From Eledone cirrhosa (lineage: Eukaryota), in assembly GCA_964016885.1 (NCBI GenBank), contig OZ024762.1:11470001-11534000 (forward strand): DNA of 64,000 nt, in the 5' to 3' direction. The notes beneath the pieces were generated by a model that made no database searches, was not told the origin of the DNA, and saw nothing but the letters and a program-made list of their open reading frames with translations. The number at the start of each line of letters is the position of its first letter. Within the stretch, counting starts at the first letter, position 1. Below, piece by piece: positions 29,912 to 43,849 of the stretch. The position numbers and the translations under genes are program-made.

Positions 29912-30276
29912 GTGTGTTGTATTTGGTCCTAGATGTATGTATTACCTTCTTGTGTATTGCATCTGATCCTAGATGTATGTATTACCTGATTATGTGTTGT
30001 ATGTGGTCCTAGATGTTTGTATTACCTGATTATGTGTTGTATCTGGTCCTAGATGTTTGTATTACCTGCTTATGTGTTGTATGTGGTCCTAAATGTATGT
30101 ATTACTTGCCTGTGTGTTGTATGTGGTCCTAGATGTGTGTGCTACCTCCTTATGTGTTGCATGTAGTCCAAGATGTGTGTATTACCTGCTTATGTGTTGT
30201 ATATGGTCCTAGATGTGTGTATTACCTGCTTATGTGTTGTATGTGGTCCTAGATGTGTGTGCTACCCGCTTCTGTG
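29912..30276. repeat. 40-bp tandem, about 9 copies, inside the hAT element
   Basis: atgtggtcctagatgtgtgtattacctgcttatgtgttgt. Confidence 0.95.
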
Positions 30277-31832
30277 GTTTTTTTTTTTTTTTTTTTTATT
30301 TGTAATATTATTTATACAATAGGAAATAAAATAGATCTACATAGTGTTAACTCGTTACAGTTGAGTCAATAATTTCAGACATGAAATACATTGTTTTCGG
30401 TGAAGGAAAGACAAGATTCTAACTGGCTGCGATTGAAGTGTCCTTGACCCAGTTGACTGGGTTTTTTCCATTGTTAGGATCTCAATTGCCGGTTAATGTC
30501 TAAACACGCCTGCACAGCTGCGGGTCAGACCATAGTTATGCTGTCTGCATGCTCATTCAAATGCATTCACACTGGCTGTCTCAAAGACATACAAATATGG
30601 CTTATAAAATTTACGAAAGTAAAGAGCCTTCCAGTGCACTCCAAAGCTCCAAAAGCCCCCTCTAATGCCCCCTTGCTCCCAAACGCCCCCCCCCCCCCTC
30701 TGGATTGCCGAAACGCCCCCTGGGGGTGCATATGCCCCCCGTTGAGAACCTTTGGTCTAACCCATGCTAGCGTGGAAGATGCACGTTAAACGATGATGAT
30801 ATATGTACCAGCTAGTAAACAAAACAAGTTATTTGCTAATGTAGATATGGCAATTAATATTAGAAGGAAAATTTAATTATTCAACATGCCATAGATATAA
30901 TATTAATTATCTCATCATATAATTAATTCTAACTGCACTTTTATCTTAATTCCATTGTCAAATAATGAAATAATAATTACCTTTACAAGACTAGCATCAC
31001 AGCTGTACATCTACGATAGAAACCACACATTCATACTCCCAGTTCCTAGGTGTGTTGAAGTAACTCTTTTGCATTTACAGCTGTCGGGACACTGTAGCTT
31101 TCATCCTTCGCAAAATTCGCCTACACCTACACCTGATATTCCCGCCTCCAAACACATGCACGCATGTGTGTGCCTGTGTGTATATCATGACTCGTACACT
31201 GTTCACTTTCCTGACATTTGTACATTATTCTGTGTACTGTGAGTTGTAGTGCACTGTATACAATAATTTTCATTTAGTAGAGCGTCGGACAGTATGCTTT
31301 GCAGCATAGTTATGGCCCTTTACGTTCTGAGTTCAAATCTGCTGAGGTTAACTTTGCCTTTCATCCTTACGGGGTCAATAAAATAAAGTACCAGTAATAC
31401 ACTGGGATAATTGCTGACCGTGTGCCAAAAGTAGAAACAAATATATCATATATAAGGGGCGGTGGATTGGTAGAGGGTTGGACGCCATGCTTTCTAGCAT
31501 AGTTGCGTCCCTTTACGGTCTGTGTCCAAATCCCGTCAAGATTAACTTTGCCTTTCATGCTTACAGGGTCGATAAAATAAAGTACCAGTAATGTACTGGG
31601 ATAATTGCTGGCCTTGTGCCAAAAAAGTAGAAACAATTATATCTTAGAATAATATAGTGGTTGTGTAAGTGTCACGGCAAAAAGCACCCAGTACTCACTG
31701 TAAATGAGGTTGGCACTGTAGAGTCGGGACCCAATGGCTGAGCTCTTGCTATTTCAACAGCTAGTTCCAGACTTGAGGAGTATTTGACACTCTAGGCAGA
31801 ACTAATATAATCCATGATGGATAACTTGAATC

Positions 31833-32655
31833 TTAACCCTTTAGCATTTAAACCGGCCATATCCGGCCAGAATTCTCTCACCTCTTTCTGTTCAAACCGG
31901 TCATAACCAGGCTGTAAATGGTCCCTCATACTTATGTTAGGATATTGTTCTCAAAATAAATAAGATTCATTAGTATGTGAGATATTATGTAAGGTAAAGC
32001 CTTTACCATGAAAATACAATAGTATATATAGAGTAATGTAAATGTTATGTGAGATATTATGTAAGGTAAAGCCTTTACCATGAAAATACAATAGTATATA
32101 TAGAGTAATGTAAATATAATGTGAGGTAAAGCCTTTACTGTGAAAATACAATAGTATATATAGAGTAATGTAAATGTTATGTGAGATATTATGTAAGGTA
32201 AAGCCTTTACCATGAAAATACAATAGTATATATAGAGTAATGTAAATGTTATGTGAGATATTATGTAAGGTAAAGCCTTTACCATGAAAATACAATAATA
32301 TATATAGAGTAATGTAAATATAATGTGAGGTAAAGCCTTTACTGTGAAAATACAATAGTATATATAGAGTAATGTAAATGTTATGTGAGATATTATGTAA
32401 GGTAAAGCCTTTACCATGAAAATACAATAATATATATAGAGTAATGTAAATATAATGTGAGGTAAAGCCTTTACTGTGAAAATACAATAGTATATATAGA
32501 GTAATGTAAATGTTATGTGAGATATTATGTAAGGTAAAGCCTTTACCATGAAAATACAATAATATATATAGAGTAATGTAAATATAATGTGAGGTAAAGC
32601 CTTTACTGTGAAAATACAATAGTATATATAGAGTATGTAAATGTTAAAGGGTTAA
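31833..32655. mobile_element. piggyBac-like MITE swollen by an internal array of 72- and 60-bp units
   Basis: Both TTAA-CCCTTT and AAAGGG-TTAA ends are intact; about 10 subterminal repeats at 31975-32645. Confidence 0.85.
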
Positions 32656-33159
32656 ACTAGATCTCTATCATTTCTGAGTACAAGTGTTCTGGTGAACTAC
32701 CAACTCATTAAATCATCTGACTGATAAAATGACAAGTCAGTCAATCATATCGGTGGCCTCCCCACAGCTCCAGCAGATAGAATGGAGAACCCCCCCCCCC
32801 CCCCCCGAGGACAGCAAGGGAGACTCAGCTGGAACTAGCTGTTGAAACGGCAAGAGCTCAGCTGTCGGGACCTGACTCTTTATAATATAACCACATTCTA
32901 CTACCCCCAAGTATTGAGTATTCTGTTGAGTAATAGACTAACCATCTTAATTTATATATATATATATATATATGTGGCCGTGTAGGCAACACGGTAAAAA
33001 CCTCCCAGCCCCACACTGTAAATGTGGTTGGTGTTAGGAAGGGCATCCAGCTGTAGAAAACCCGCCAGACAGTCCTATGCGAGCAAGCCAACCACTCTTG
33101 CCTCAAGTGGGAAAACCCCCGTCCAAACCCATGCAAGCGTGGAACACGGACGCTAAACC

Positions 33160-33168
33160 TGATGATGA

Positions 33169-33224
<56 letters not shown>

Positions 33225-33423
33225 ATATGTATGTATAACACTACACATCTGTGAGACTGGTTTCTTTTAAATATATTTTTATTTTATCATTAGTTTTTAT
33301 TCTTTAACACAAAATCATCAACAATTATTTATGTGTATATGTATATATATATGTATATATATATGTATATATATATATTTATATATATATATACACATGT
33401 ATATATATATGTGTATGTATACA

Positions 33424-33470
<47 letters not shown>

Positions 33471-33570
33471 CATCATCATTTAACGCCATTGTATGTATGT
33501 ATATATATATATACACATACATAATATACACACACACACACACACTCTGCTACCATCAGTAAAATGTATG

Positions 33571-33602
<32 letters not shown>

Positions 33603-33705
33603 CACATATATATGTATATATATATACACATATATATATATACAATATATATGTATATATATATACACATATATATATACAAATATATATATATATATAT
33701 ATGTG

Positions 33706-33749
<44 letters not shown>

Positions 33750-33836
33750 TATATATATATTTGTATATATATGCACATATATATATGTATATATATACAC
33801 ATATATATATATATATACACATATATATATATACAC

Positions 33837-33919
<83 letters not shown>

Positions 33920-33945
33920 TATATATATATACATATATATATATG

Positions 33946-34019
<74 letters not shown>

Positions 34020-34255
34020 CATATATGTATATATATATACATATATACATATATATATATGTATATATATATACATATATATATATGTATATATATATAC
34101 ATATATATATATGTATATATATATACATATATATATATGTATATATATATACATATATATATATGTATATATATATGTATATATATATATGTATATATAT
34201 ATGTATATATATATATGTATATATATATGTATATATATACATATATATATATATG

Positions 34256-34297
<42 letters not shown>

Positions 34298-34339
34298 TAT
34301 GTATATATATATGTATATATATACATATATATATATATG

Positions 34340-34381
<42 letters not shown>

Positions 34382-34401
34382 TATATACATATATATATAT
34401 G

Positions 34402-34443
<42 letters not shown>

Positions 34444-34450
34444 TATATGT
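33160..34450. repeat. (TA)n/(TACA)n microsatellite field (others at 1246-1582, 2300-2935, 6675-7100, 8162-8990, 9210-9945, 15656-16390, 17040-17492)
   Basis: Direct reading; source of the YI/IY pseudo-ORFs. Confidence 0.97.
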
Positions 34451-34799
34451 AAATGAAAATATATAAATGAAAAATAGATACACTAATCTTTTGGGAATGA
34501 AACAGATTAAGATGTTGAAGTTCACAGCTAGTCTGCAATTGCAGCTATATTTCAGCTTAGATGCTTTAGTTAAGAGTTACCAATAATATTTATTGATCAG
34601 CTCTTATGATATCTACTGCAGTGGCTCCCAAATCGTGTAGAATTGAACACTTCAGTTAACCAGGTGTGTGGTGAAAATAATAAAATTTTATTCAACTTTT
34701 AACCCTTTTGTTACTAAACTACCTGAAACTCTCCCTGTTTTTATCATACAAATCTTTATATTGTGAAGTCTTGTATCTATTTTCCTTTTTACTTTTACA

Positions 34800-35310
34800 C
34801 TTGCATGGAAGTTACGGAGTAGGTAGACCCAGAAAAACCTGGGATGACATGATAAAGTCCAACCTTGCACACTTACACCTCTCTAAGACGATGTCACTGG
34901 ATCGAGATCTTTGATGCCACGCAGTAATACAGACCCCCCCCCCACCCACCTTCCTTACATACAAAGTTAACCTACAGTCAGTAGGCCCCCTCCAAATCAA
35001 ATATACACCCCCAACCCACTACCCCTACTCCATCCTCCCACTCCCACTCCCCTTTCTCTGTAAAGTTATCTTGGTACCACAACCTCCAGTCCAATCTAAA
35101 GAGGTCGTGTAGGTGTCACGACAAAAAAAGCACCCAATCCACACTGTAAAGTGGTTGGTGTTAGGAAGGGCATCCAGCCGTAGAAAACCTACCAGATACA
35201 GTCCGATACGAGCGAGACACGGTCACCCGATCAATTTTGCCTCAAGTGGGACAATTCCCATCTAACCCATGTTAGCGTGGAAGATGGACGTTAAACGATG
35301 ATGATGATGC
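34800..35310 (+). mobile_element. RTE LINE 3' end fragment
   Basis: GSYGVGRPRKTWDD and the same UTR and (GAT)n tail as 37550-38065. Confidence 0.85.
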
Positions 35311-35646
35311 TGGTGGTGGTGGTGGTGGTGGTGGTCGACTTATATTGTTGTCATGCTGTGGAAATGATGAACCGTACTCTCACCATAAGCGCTGATCAGA
35401 AATCCTGGCTTTCGAATGAGCTCACTGACCCATATTCACTAACTATGAATCCTTCATGTGGAAACATTTTTGTGGTATTGTCTCTTTTAATACTTCAGGT
35501 GCATGATTCATTTCAAAATAGCACCAGAATGAATATGGCTCTGTGTCAGATCATCTTATATCGAGATTAAAATTGTTCTCATTTAACCCTTTCATACCAA
35601 TCTAACATTCTAATAAAGATACTGTAAACATTTACAGAAAACTAAG

Positions 35647-35852
35647 TTAACCCTTTAGCATTCACATTACTCTATATATACTATTGTATGTTCATGGTAA
35701 AGGCTTTACCTCACATAATATTGAATCTATGAGATTTTGATATTATTTATTTTGAGAACAATACCTTAACATCAGTATAAGTGGTCGGTTACAGCTGGTT
35801 TGAACAGAAAGAGGTGAGAGAATTCTGGCCGGTTTAAACACTAAAGGGTTAA
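35647..35852. mobile_element. piggyBac-like MITE (other complete copies 44810-45033 and 50560-50788; partial 4674-4800 and 61025-61220)
   Basis: TTAA-CCCTTTAG...CTAAAGGG-TTAA termini; 205-230 bp non-coding body conserved between copies. Confidence 0.85.
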
Positions 35853-36019
35853 AGTCTTAGATTTATAATTGTTGATAAAATAAAGTACCAGTCACGCACT
35901 GGGGTCGATTTAATCGACTTTCCCCTCCCCCCAAATTGATGGCCTTGTGCTTATATAAGACACCATTATTAAATCCCATAAGATTCTTGATTATCATCAA
36001 AATTATTTGAAAATCATAG

Positions 36020-36578
36020 GTAGTGTTTATTGACGAAACCCTTATTCAGAAAATACAACACAATGTCATCATATTATGGCGGCTTAACGTTTTTATAACT
36101 ATAATCGCAAACTGTTGTCATATTTACAAAAATGATACGCGATGGGGCCCATCCACAGCCCCGGCAGACAGAATGACGAAGGCGTTTCCCCGGAGGACGG
36201 CAAGGGAGACGCGCTGGAAAAGCCACTCCAACTCGCGGGGCTCACACCTACGGCAGGCCAGCTCAGCGCCTATGGTGGTGAGTAAGGAGGTGGCCCTGGG
36301 ACCGAGGACACCAGAAGTCTCCACTGCCAGGAGAACGACCGCAAACCTGTCGGAGAGCGACCGGTATTTGAGGAGTTTGGCCCCCTCAGCCCGACGTGCA
36401 GCAGAACCTGGGTCAGTCGCAGACTGCACTAGGTTGCGGTTGCAGAAAGTGTCGGTGCAAGTGGCATCCCAGACGAGAGGTTTGCCACCGCGGAACGGGA
36501 AGATAATCATGCCATCTGGCTTTTTGCCGTCCCCTCGATCCAGCCCCACCAGCTCGAGCTGGGAAGGGAAGCCTGTGT
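36020..36578 (-). mobile_element. 3' fragment of a CRE-like non-LTR retrotransposon (restriction-like endonuclease domain)
   Basis: DGKKPDG..LVWDATCTDT..AEGAKLLKY..AVETSGVLG..LFQRVSLAVLRGNA is the C-terminal PD-(D/E)xK RLE signature of early-branching non-LTR clades. Stop at 36124; AATAAA on minus near 36030; GC-rich. Confidence 0.8.
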
Positions 36579-36967
36579 GTTTTTTAATTAGAAATATGGT
36601 AATGAAGGGGTTAACTTTAGTTATGACCAAGAAGTAGTAGTTTGATTCAGGAGGGAGGAGGGCAATTTCTTCCCATAGGCAATACACTTTGTCAATTGTA
36701 TTAAAAAATAAAAATATTTTATTGGACAACAGTAAAATGTTACATGACTTTGAAAGACATTGACATGATTTTATTTCCACACAAAAGCTTTGCCTATTGT
36801 TTTCAGTTGTCAGCAAACTTGTCCAGGTAGCTATGTATACCAGACTATAAAGTAGAGAAAATGTAAGAAATGTGTCTTCATTCAACACATTGTACAACAT
36901 AATGTAAGTGTTTATATATATATATATATATCTACTATATATATATATTATATATACACAATATATA

Positions 36968-38065
36968 CAGACAAATGCAAAGTATGGGTACATAAAAGAT
37001 GTAGTGGGATCACAGGTAAACTATCTAAGAACGTAGACTTTACATGTGGTCAATGCTCAGGTGCAATAAGTAGCAAGTCTCCAAAGGAGTTGCCCAGATG
37101 GTTCTATAGAAATAGTAGACACTTTCCGTTACCTGGGTGACAAAATCACCAGTGGTGGAGGGTGTTCTGAAAGTACAGTAGCCAGAGTCAGAACGGGATG
37201 GAAAAAGTTCAGAGAGCTTATACCGCTGTTGGCCACAAAAGGTTTCTCTCTAAAAATGAAAGGCAGATTGTATGATGCCTGTATACGAACAACAATGCTA
37301 CATGGCAGTGAGACATGGGCATTACGTGCAGAGGACCTGCGTAGACTGGAAAGGAACGAAGCATGCATGCTCCGTTGGATGTGTAATAGTAATATACGTG
37401 AACGGCAAAGCATAAATGAACTAAGTGAGAAATTAGGAATAAGAGGGATCAGATGCTGTTTACTTGAGAGAAGATTACGTGGGTATGGTCACGTGATGCA
37501 CATGAAAGACAACAGTTGCATAAAAAAGTGCAGGGCGATCAAAATTGATGGTAGTTACGGAGTAGGTAGACCCAGAAAAACCTGGGATGATCTGATAAAT
37601 TCTGACCTCACACACTTACATCTCTCTAAGATAATGTCTCTGGACCGACATCTTTGGCGCTACGCAGTAATACAGAAGACCCGCCTTGCCTATGTACAAA
37701 GCGAAACCTACAGTCAGTAGGCACCTCTTAACCAAATATACACCCCAATCCACTACCCCTACCCTATCCTCCCACTCCCACCAACAGCACAAGAAAATGA
37801 GATCGAGATCGTGTAGGTGTCATGACAAAAAACACACAGTCCACGCTGTAATGTGGCCATGTAGGTAACACGGTAAAAAGTTCCCAGTTCCACACTGTAA
37901 ATATGGTTGGTGTTAGGAAGGGCATCCAGCCGTAGAAAACCTGCCAGATAGTCCTATATGAGCGAGACACAGTCACCTGACCAGCCTTGCCTCAAGGGGG
38001 ACAACTCCCGTCTAACCCATGCTAGCATGGAAAATGGACGTTAAACGAAGATGATGATGATGATA
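36968..38065 (+). mobile_element. 5'-truncated RTE-clade LINE with 3' tail ending in (GAT)n
   Basis: CKVWVHKRCSG..EIVDTFRYLGD..SETWALRAEDLRRLERNEACMLRWMC..GRPRKTW, followed by a UTR ending ...ggacgttaaacgaagatgatgatg. Confidence 0.9.
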
Positions 38066-38146
38066 TACAGACATATTTTTGTATATATATATATATATAT
38101 ATATATATGTAGGAGGTGAGTTTTATTGTACAATAAAGCAATGCAA

Positions 38147-38420
38147 TTTCTTTCCATCGCACATATTATTAAACCCTTAAATATTATTCTTAATACATAT
38201 TAACATTTTCTTTCCATCGCACATATTATTAAACCCTTAAATATTATTCTTAATACATATTAACATTTTCTTTCCATCGCACATATTATTAAACCCTTAA
38301 ATATTATTCTTAATACATATTAACATTTTCTTTCCATCGCACATATTATTAAACCCTTAAATATTATTCTTAATACATATTAACATTTTCTTTTCATCGC
38401 ACATATTATTAAACCCTTCA
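38147..38420. repeat. 60-bp tandem, about 4.5 near-identical copies
   Basis: Successive 60-nt lines are identical. Confidence 0.95.
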
Positions 38421-38785
38421 ATATACAAACCTTAACTTTACATTATTTTTCTCTTCGTTAATTTTCAAATTCTTTTAATTTATACATTATCTTCCAACGG
38501 TTTTTCAACCTCTCTATGTAAAACAATATATTTTTCTCAGTTATAAAAGTTATCTCTCTCTCTATCACCCATCTCTCCTCCTATCTCATCCTTCCTCATT
38601 ATACTCCTTCCCCTCCACTTTTTACTCTCATCTCCTCCTCTTTTTCATCCTTTCCAACATCCCCCCCCTCCCCCCTCAAAAAAATTTTTTCACAATATCA
38701 CACGTCAATCTAAAACTACTTTTCATATGTTGATTTAAAACTGCACTATTCACAAGTGTTTTTTAACCTTCATATCATGTCTTCC

Positions 38786-38856
38786 TATTTTATCTGATGA
38801 AAACACAAATATTATTGCATGATGATATTTGTTTTTGAAATGTGCATAATAAAATA
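38786..38856 (+). ncRNA. Type I hammerhead ribozyme motif
   Basis: Perfect stem I TATTTTAT/ATAAAATA; CTGATGA 38794-800; stem II ACAAATAT/ATATTTGT; GAAA 38837-40; stem III ATG-TG-CAT; AUA cleavage after 38848. Confidence 0.8.
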
Positions 38857-40973
38857 CATGGAACTCTTTTAACCATCTTTTGATCTTATATATATATATA
38901 TAGAGAGAGAGAATAGAAAACGAAAAATCTGATTTTTCGTTTTCTATTCTATCATACTCTGCTCTATAAGAGCATAGAGTGCTCAACTGGCATACCGCCT
39001 ATGGAAGCATCTTAGCTACCATCAGACACATATACACATATATATATATGTATATATACATGTATGTATGTATATATACATGTATGTATATATATATATA
39101 TATATATAAGTTAAAACAATGAAATAAAAATTCAAATTGTTTTAACTTATATCATGACTCTGTTTTCCTTCTGATGTTTTATTGTTTTCCTGGATTTATT
39201 TTAACCTACAACATTTTCAACATATGGATTACATTGAGTTCTTCATGCAGACTAGACCCCACAACTTACTGTGGATATTTCTGTATATATATATATATAA
39301 AATAAACATATGAAACAATCACAGGGAATAATTTGTAAAAGTGTGTAAGCACACACAGCTAGGTAGGTAACTAATTAAAGTTTAACTAGAACTTTAAATA
39401 TAGATACCTTTTAAAATTATTAATCTTCCTTGTATATATTTCATTAAAGAAATATATTTCACCATCAATGGATTGGTAAACCACAGTAGCCAAATCCCGG
39501 ATTTTTAACAAGGAAGAAGATTTAACTATCTGTGTTTACACAGCAAATTCAAATCTGCAAATGACTAGCAGCACGTGTTGCATTTTTTTTTTAAATACAA
39601 ACATCGTACCAGCTTCATCCCAGTGGTGTGAATAGGATTATCGACAACTAGAAATAGCAGCTGAGTCCTTTCAACTGAGTTAGCTCTACAATTAAGGGGC
39701 CGTATATATATATATATCCAAAATTAAATTAAGGGTGTCCTGTTCGAAAGTCATGGCCCCATATCCACTGTAGAATATGCTCAAAGATTCCAATGAATAG
39801 ATCCTAGCATTTTATATCAACTAGAAATTGATTGAGATATCAGCATCCAGCCGTAGAAAACCTGCCAGATAGTCCTATCCGAGCGAGACACTGTCACCCG
39901 ACCAATCTTACCTCAAATGGGACAACTCCCGTCTAACCCATGCTAGCATGGAAGATAGACATTAAACGATGATGATATATATATATATATTTATATATAA
40001 ACAAGAAGTTTAAGTCAACAGATTAAAATTAACACTATGCAACAGATGTTGCATAGTGGTTGTCACTGAAATATATATAACAGCAAGTATGATTAAAGAA
40101 AGTAATTTTAACCAGAGTAAACAGACCCAGCTGTGCACTACCTTGCATATTGAAGTGTCGGTAAATAACCAACACTTACTCAGATTTATATATATTAAAA
40201 TTTAGCTTCAACATAGCTGTATAGCTGTATGTGACTTTCATATATCTAGATATATACAGTATGTTTAACAAACAAACATTTGGAAAGCCCAGCTGTATAT
40301 ATATATGTATTAGATATTGATTAAACAATGAAAATAATTGTGTCTACTTTTGGCACAAGGCCAGCAAATACCCAGTGCATTACTGGTACTTTATTTTATC
40401 AACCCCGTAAGGATGAAAGGCAAAGTTAACCTCGGGGGGATTTGAACTCAGAATGGCAAGGGCCGTAACTATGCATCAAAGCATGGCGTCCGACTCTCTA
40501 CCGATACTGCCAATGAAAATAATAACAACAAAGTCTAGTTATTTTACCTATTCGTATCATTGTTTTATGATCGTTTCGGAGGGTTGATCATATTGACATA
40601 TTGTCTGATCTATAGCAGTTATATAACTGTATACTATCAGACCGTCTTCTTCGGAAACAATTATATATATGGAGGCACATGGCTTAGTGGTTAGAGCATT
40701 GGCCTTGCAATCAAAAGGTTGTGAATTCAATTCTCAGACCGGGTGATGTGTTGTTTCCTTGAGCAAGACACTTTATTTCACATTGCTCCAGTTTACTCAG
40801 CTGTAGAAATGAGATGCAAAGTGGTCGTGGAGGTGCCACGGCACCCAGCACTCACTGTAAATGAGGTTGGTGTCAGGAAGGGCATCCAGCTGTAGAATTC
40901 AAGCCAGAATTGGTTCCCGTCCCACCCTTGCAAGCAGGGAAAAAGTGGACGTAAAAATGAAATGATGATGATG

Positions 40974-41010
<37 letters not shown>

Positions 41011-41744
41011 TGAAGAGACCTTTCTAGCCTATTGCATAGAGTGGGTTGCAAGATGAAATTAGAATTCTATTTAAAAACTGTTGTTAAGTTATGTTCCAAA
41101 CACCATTTTGATAATGAGAAAGTTAATTATATAAGGAAATCCCTTCAAATTCTTCATTATTATTTTAATTATTTGAAAATCATGGCTATGGTAATGATTT
41201 TTTTTCCCCTCTTCACTATGTGTGTAATTTTAATTATCAAAATTGTTAGGCTTACTAAATTGAATATGTTCATGCCCACTTAATTTGTTTTTCATGCAGA
41301 AGGAAACCCTGAGTAATTAATTCACCTCATTTCTTTTTCCTTGTCTTCCCTTTCCCTCCACTCTCAATCATTCTCTGAGAGTTTACATAGTTGGTTGAGC
41401 AAACAAGTAGATGATTAACAACTGGGAAGTGTGGGAGAATACTGATGTCTTTAGGTAGTTCCCAAGTTGATAGAGTGGAGACAGAGAGCAGCGGCAGTAC
41501 ATGCTGTCATTTAGCAACTTGTCAGATATCTTCCAAATCAACATAACAAGGAGCTGGCTGTAAGCAGCATTAAAGTCAACTGTGTTCATCTCGGAATGTT
41601 GTCATAAGGTTTGATGTAGAGAGCAAATGACATTGTTTTTACAGAGTTGTGAAGAGAGTAAGACAGGCAGAGAATCAACAAGACTAGAAGAAAAGAAGAT
41701 ATTTTTGTGCAAGGAGTCAAAGTATGTGGTTCAGTGTTTGAAAA

Positions 41745-42058
41745 AGGTGATCAAAAATGTTTGCGAGCAAGGAATCAAAATCTATGGCTCAGTATTTGAA
41801 AATGGAGATCAAGAATGTTTGTGAGGAAGGAATCAAAATCTATGGCTTGGTGTTTGAAAATGGAGATTAATAATCTTTGTGAGTAAGGAGTCAAAATCTG
41901 TGGCTCAGTGTTTGAAAGTGAAGAAGTCAAGAATGTTTGTGAGCAAGGAATCAAAATTTATGGCTCTGTGTTTGAAAGTGAAGATTAAGAATCTTTGTGA
42001 GTAAGGAGTCAAAATCTGTGGCTGTGTTTTGAAAGTGAAGATCAAAAATGTTTGCGAG
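41745..42058. repeat. Degenerate tandem of about 58 bp, about 5 copies
   Basis: gtgagcaaggaatcaaaatctatggctcagtgtttgaaa.. repeated. Confidence 0.85.
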
Positions 42059-43101
42059 ATCACCGTCAGGTCAGGAATATAAATTTGATCAAAAAGGAAA
42101 AAAACAAAAGAAAGGAGTTAATCATCAGATTGAACCAAGAAAATAATGCTTCCATTGGTCTTTCCATTGCTGATACTATCTGTTGGTCACAACTCCTGAC
42201 ACTAGAAAGGAGCTGATCGTTGGATCAGACCAAAGAAACAATGCTTCCATTGGTCTTTCTATTATTGCTGAGAACACAATGCCCCATCCACTCAAGAACT
42301 AAACCCATGACCTTATGATCGTGAATCCTGAATTTATTTTTATCTAAGAGTTTGTGGTTGACATTTGTTTGGACATGTGGCCTAATATTTCTGGTGTTGG
42401 ATTCCCAAAATAAGCTCATAGGTTCAATTCCTTGAACAAGACATTTCATTTCACATTGCTTTTCATGGCAGGCCTGGGGTTCTTATTGTTAAAACACCCA
42501 AGAAACCTCCTTAAGATACAATTTTGTAGGAGACCAGCTAAGCTTACATAAGTGTGAGCTGTAAAATGCTTACATAAAATTATGAAGGAAGGTTTTTTGT
42601 TGTTTAGATGAATATAAATATTTTTAAATGACCAGTTTTATATTGTGGCATCAGGGGTGGTCCCAGACAGTTTATTATCAAATGGGTTAACAAATTTTTG
42701 CTGACAAACTAGTCTGTGCCTCTGAAAAAAAAAAAAGAACCTTCAAAAGATGGTGGGTGTCAGGGTGAGAATTTATATTTTGGTTTTAACAAAATCAGCC
42801 TTTTAAGTAGGCTGCAGATTTTCGTAAAAAACTTTTCATGTATAAAGCTATCATATCTTTTTTTTTTTTTACCAACTTCTCACTCACTCACTCACTCACT
42901 CACTCACCTCATCCTCCTCCTCCTCCTCATACCAGTCTCTTACTCACCTACTCTTCCTCCCCTTCATCTCTCACTCTTCTCCTTCTCTCTCCTCGTCTCC
43001 CTCCCTCCTCTAATAAATGTCACTCTGTAATCTAACTCCATTCCTCCTACTTTTGTCATGTCTCTCATTTTCTTTATCCAACTCCCCATCTCTCTTTGTT
43101 T

Positions 43102-43133
<32 letters not shown>

Positions 43134-43152
43134 CCCCTCCCCACCTCTCTCA

Positions 43153-43185
<33 letters not shown>

Positions 43186-43849
43186 AATATATATATATAC
43201 ACACACACACACAGTCTTCTCTTGACACGTCTTCCACATCACTTTCATAATTAATTGTAAGTTTCCCACATTGTTTCAGATACACTCCATCACCAGTTCA
43301 AACTCTGTCCAAACCTCACCACCACCACCACCACCATCAACACCACCACCACCATCAACACCACCACCACCACCACCACCATACAGCATTACTGCTGACT
43401 ATTGGTAAGGTTGCTTCTTCATATGATTCCTCTCTCTCTTTCTCTCCCCCACCCTCTCTCTCTCTCTTGCTCATTCTTCATCAGCACCACTACCACCACC
43501 ATCATCATCACCACCACCACTAACACCACCACCAACACCACCACCACCACTACCACCACCATCATCACCAACACCACCACTAACACCACCGACACCACTA
43601 CCACCAACACCACCACCACCACCATCAACACCACCACCAACACCACTACCACCACCACCACCATCAACACCACCACCACCACCATCAACACCACCACCAA
43701 CACCACCACCACCACCATCAACACCAACACCACCACCACTACCACCAACACCACTACCACCACCACCACCATCAACACCACCACCACCACCATCATCACC
43801 ACCACCGACACCACTACCACCACCACCACCACTAACATTTTTGTAACAC

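Larger units (their letters stand above)
28183..30754 (-). mobile_element. hAT (Buster/Charlie-type) DNA transposon, defective
   Basis: TIRs CACAGGTTCTCAAC and GTTGAGAACCTTTG (1 mismatch). 8-bp TSD GTCTAACC (28175-82 and 30755-62) with central TA. Inserted into an RTE/SINE tail (gtctaacc-catgctagc). Confidence 0.93.

Noticed and set aside
36579-36993. N-terminal half of the 289-aa minus ORF
   Set aside because: Chance read-through of AT-rich and satellite sequence into the real endonuclease fragment.
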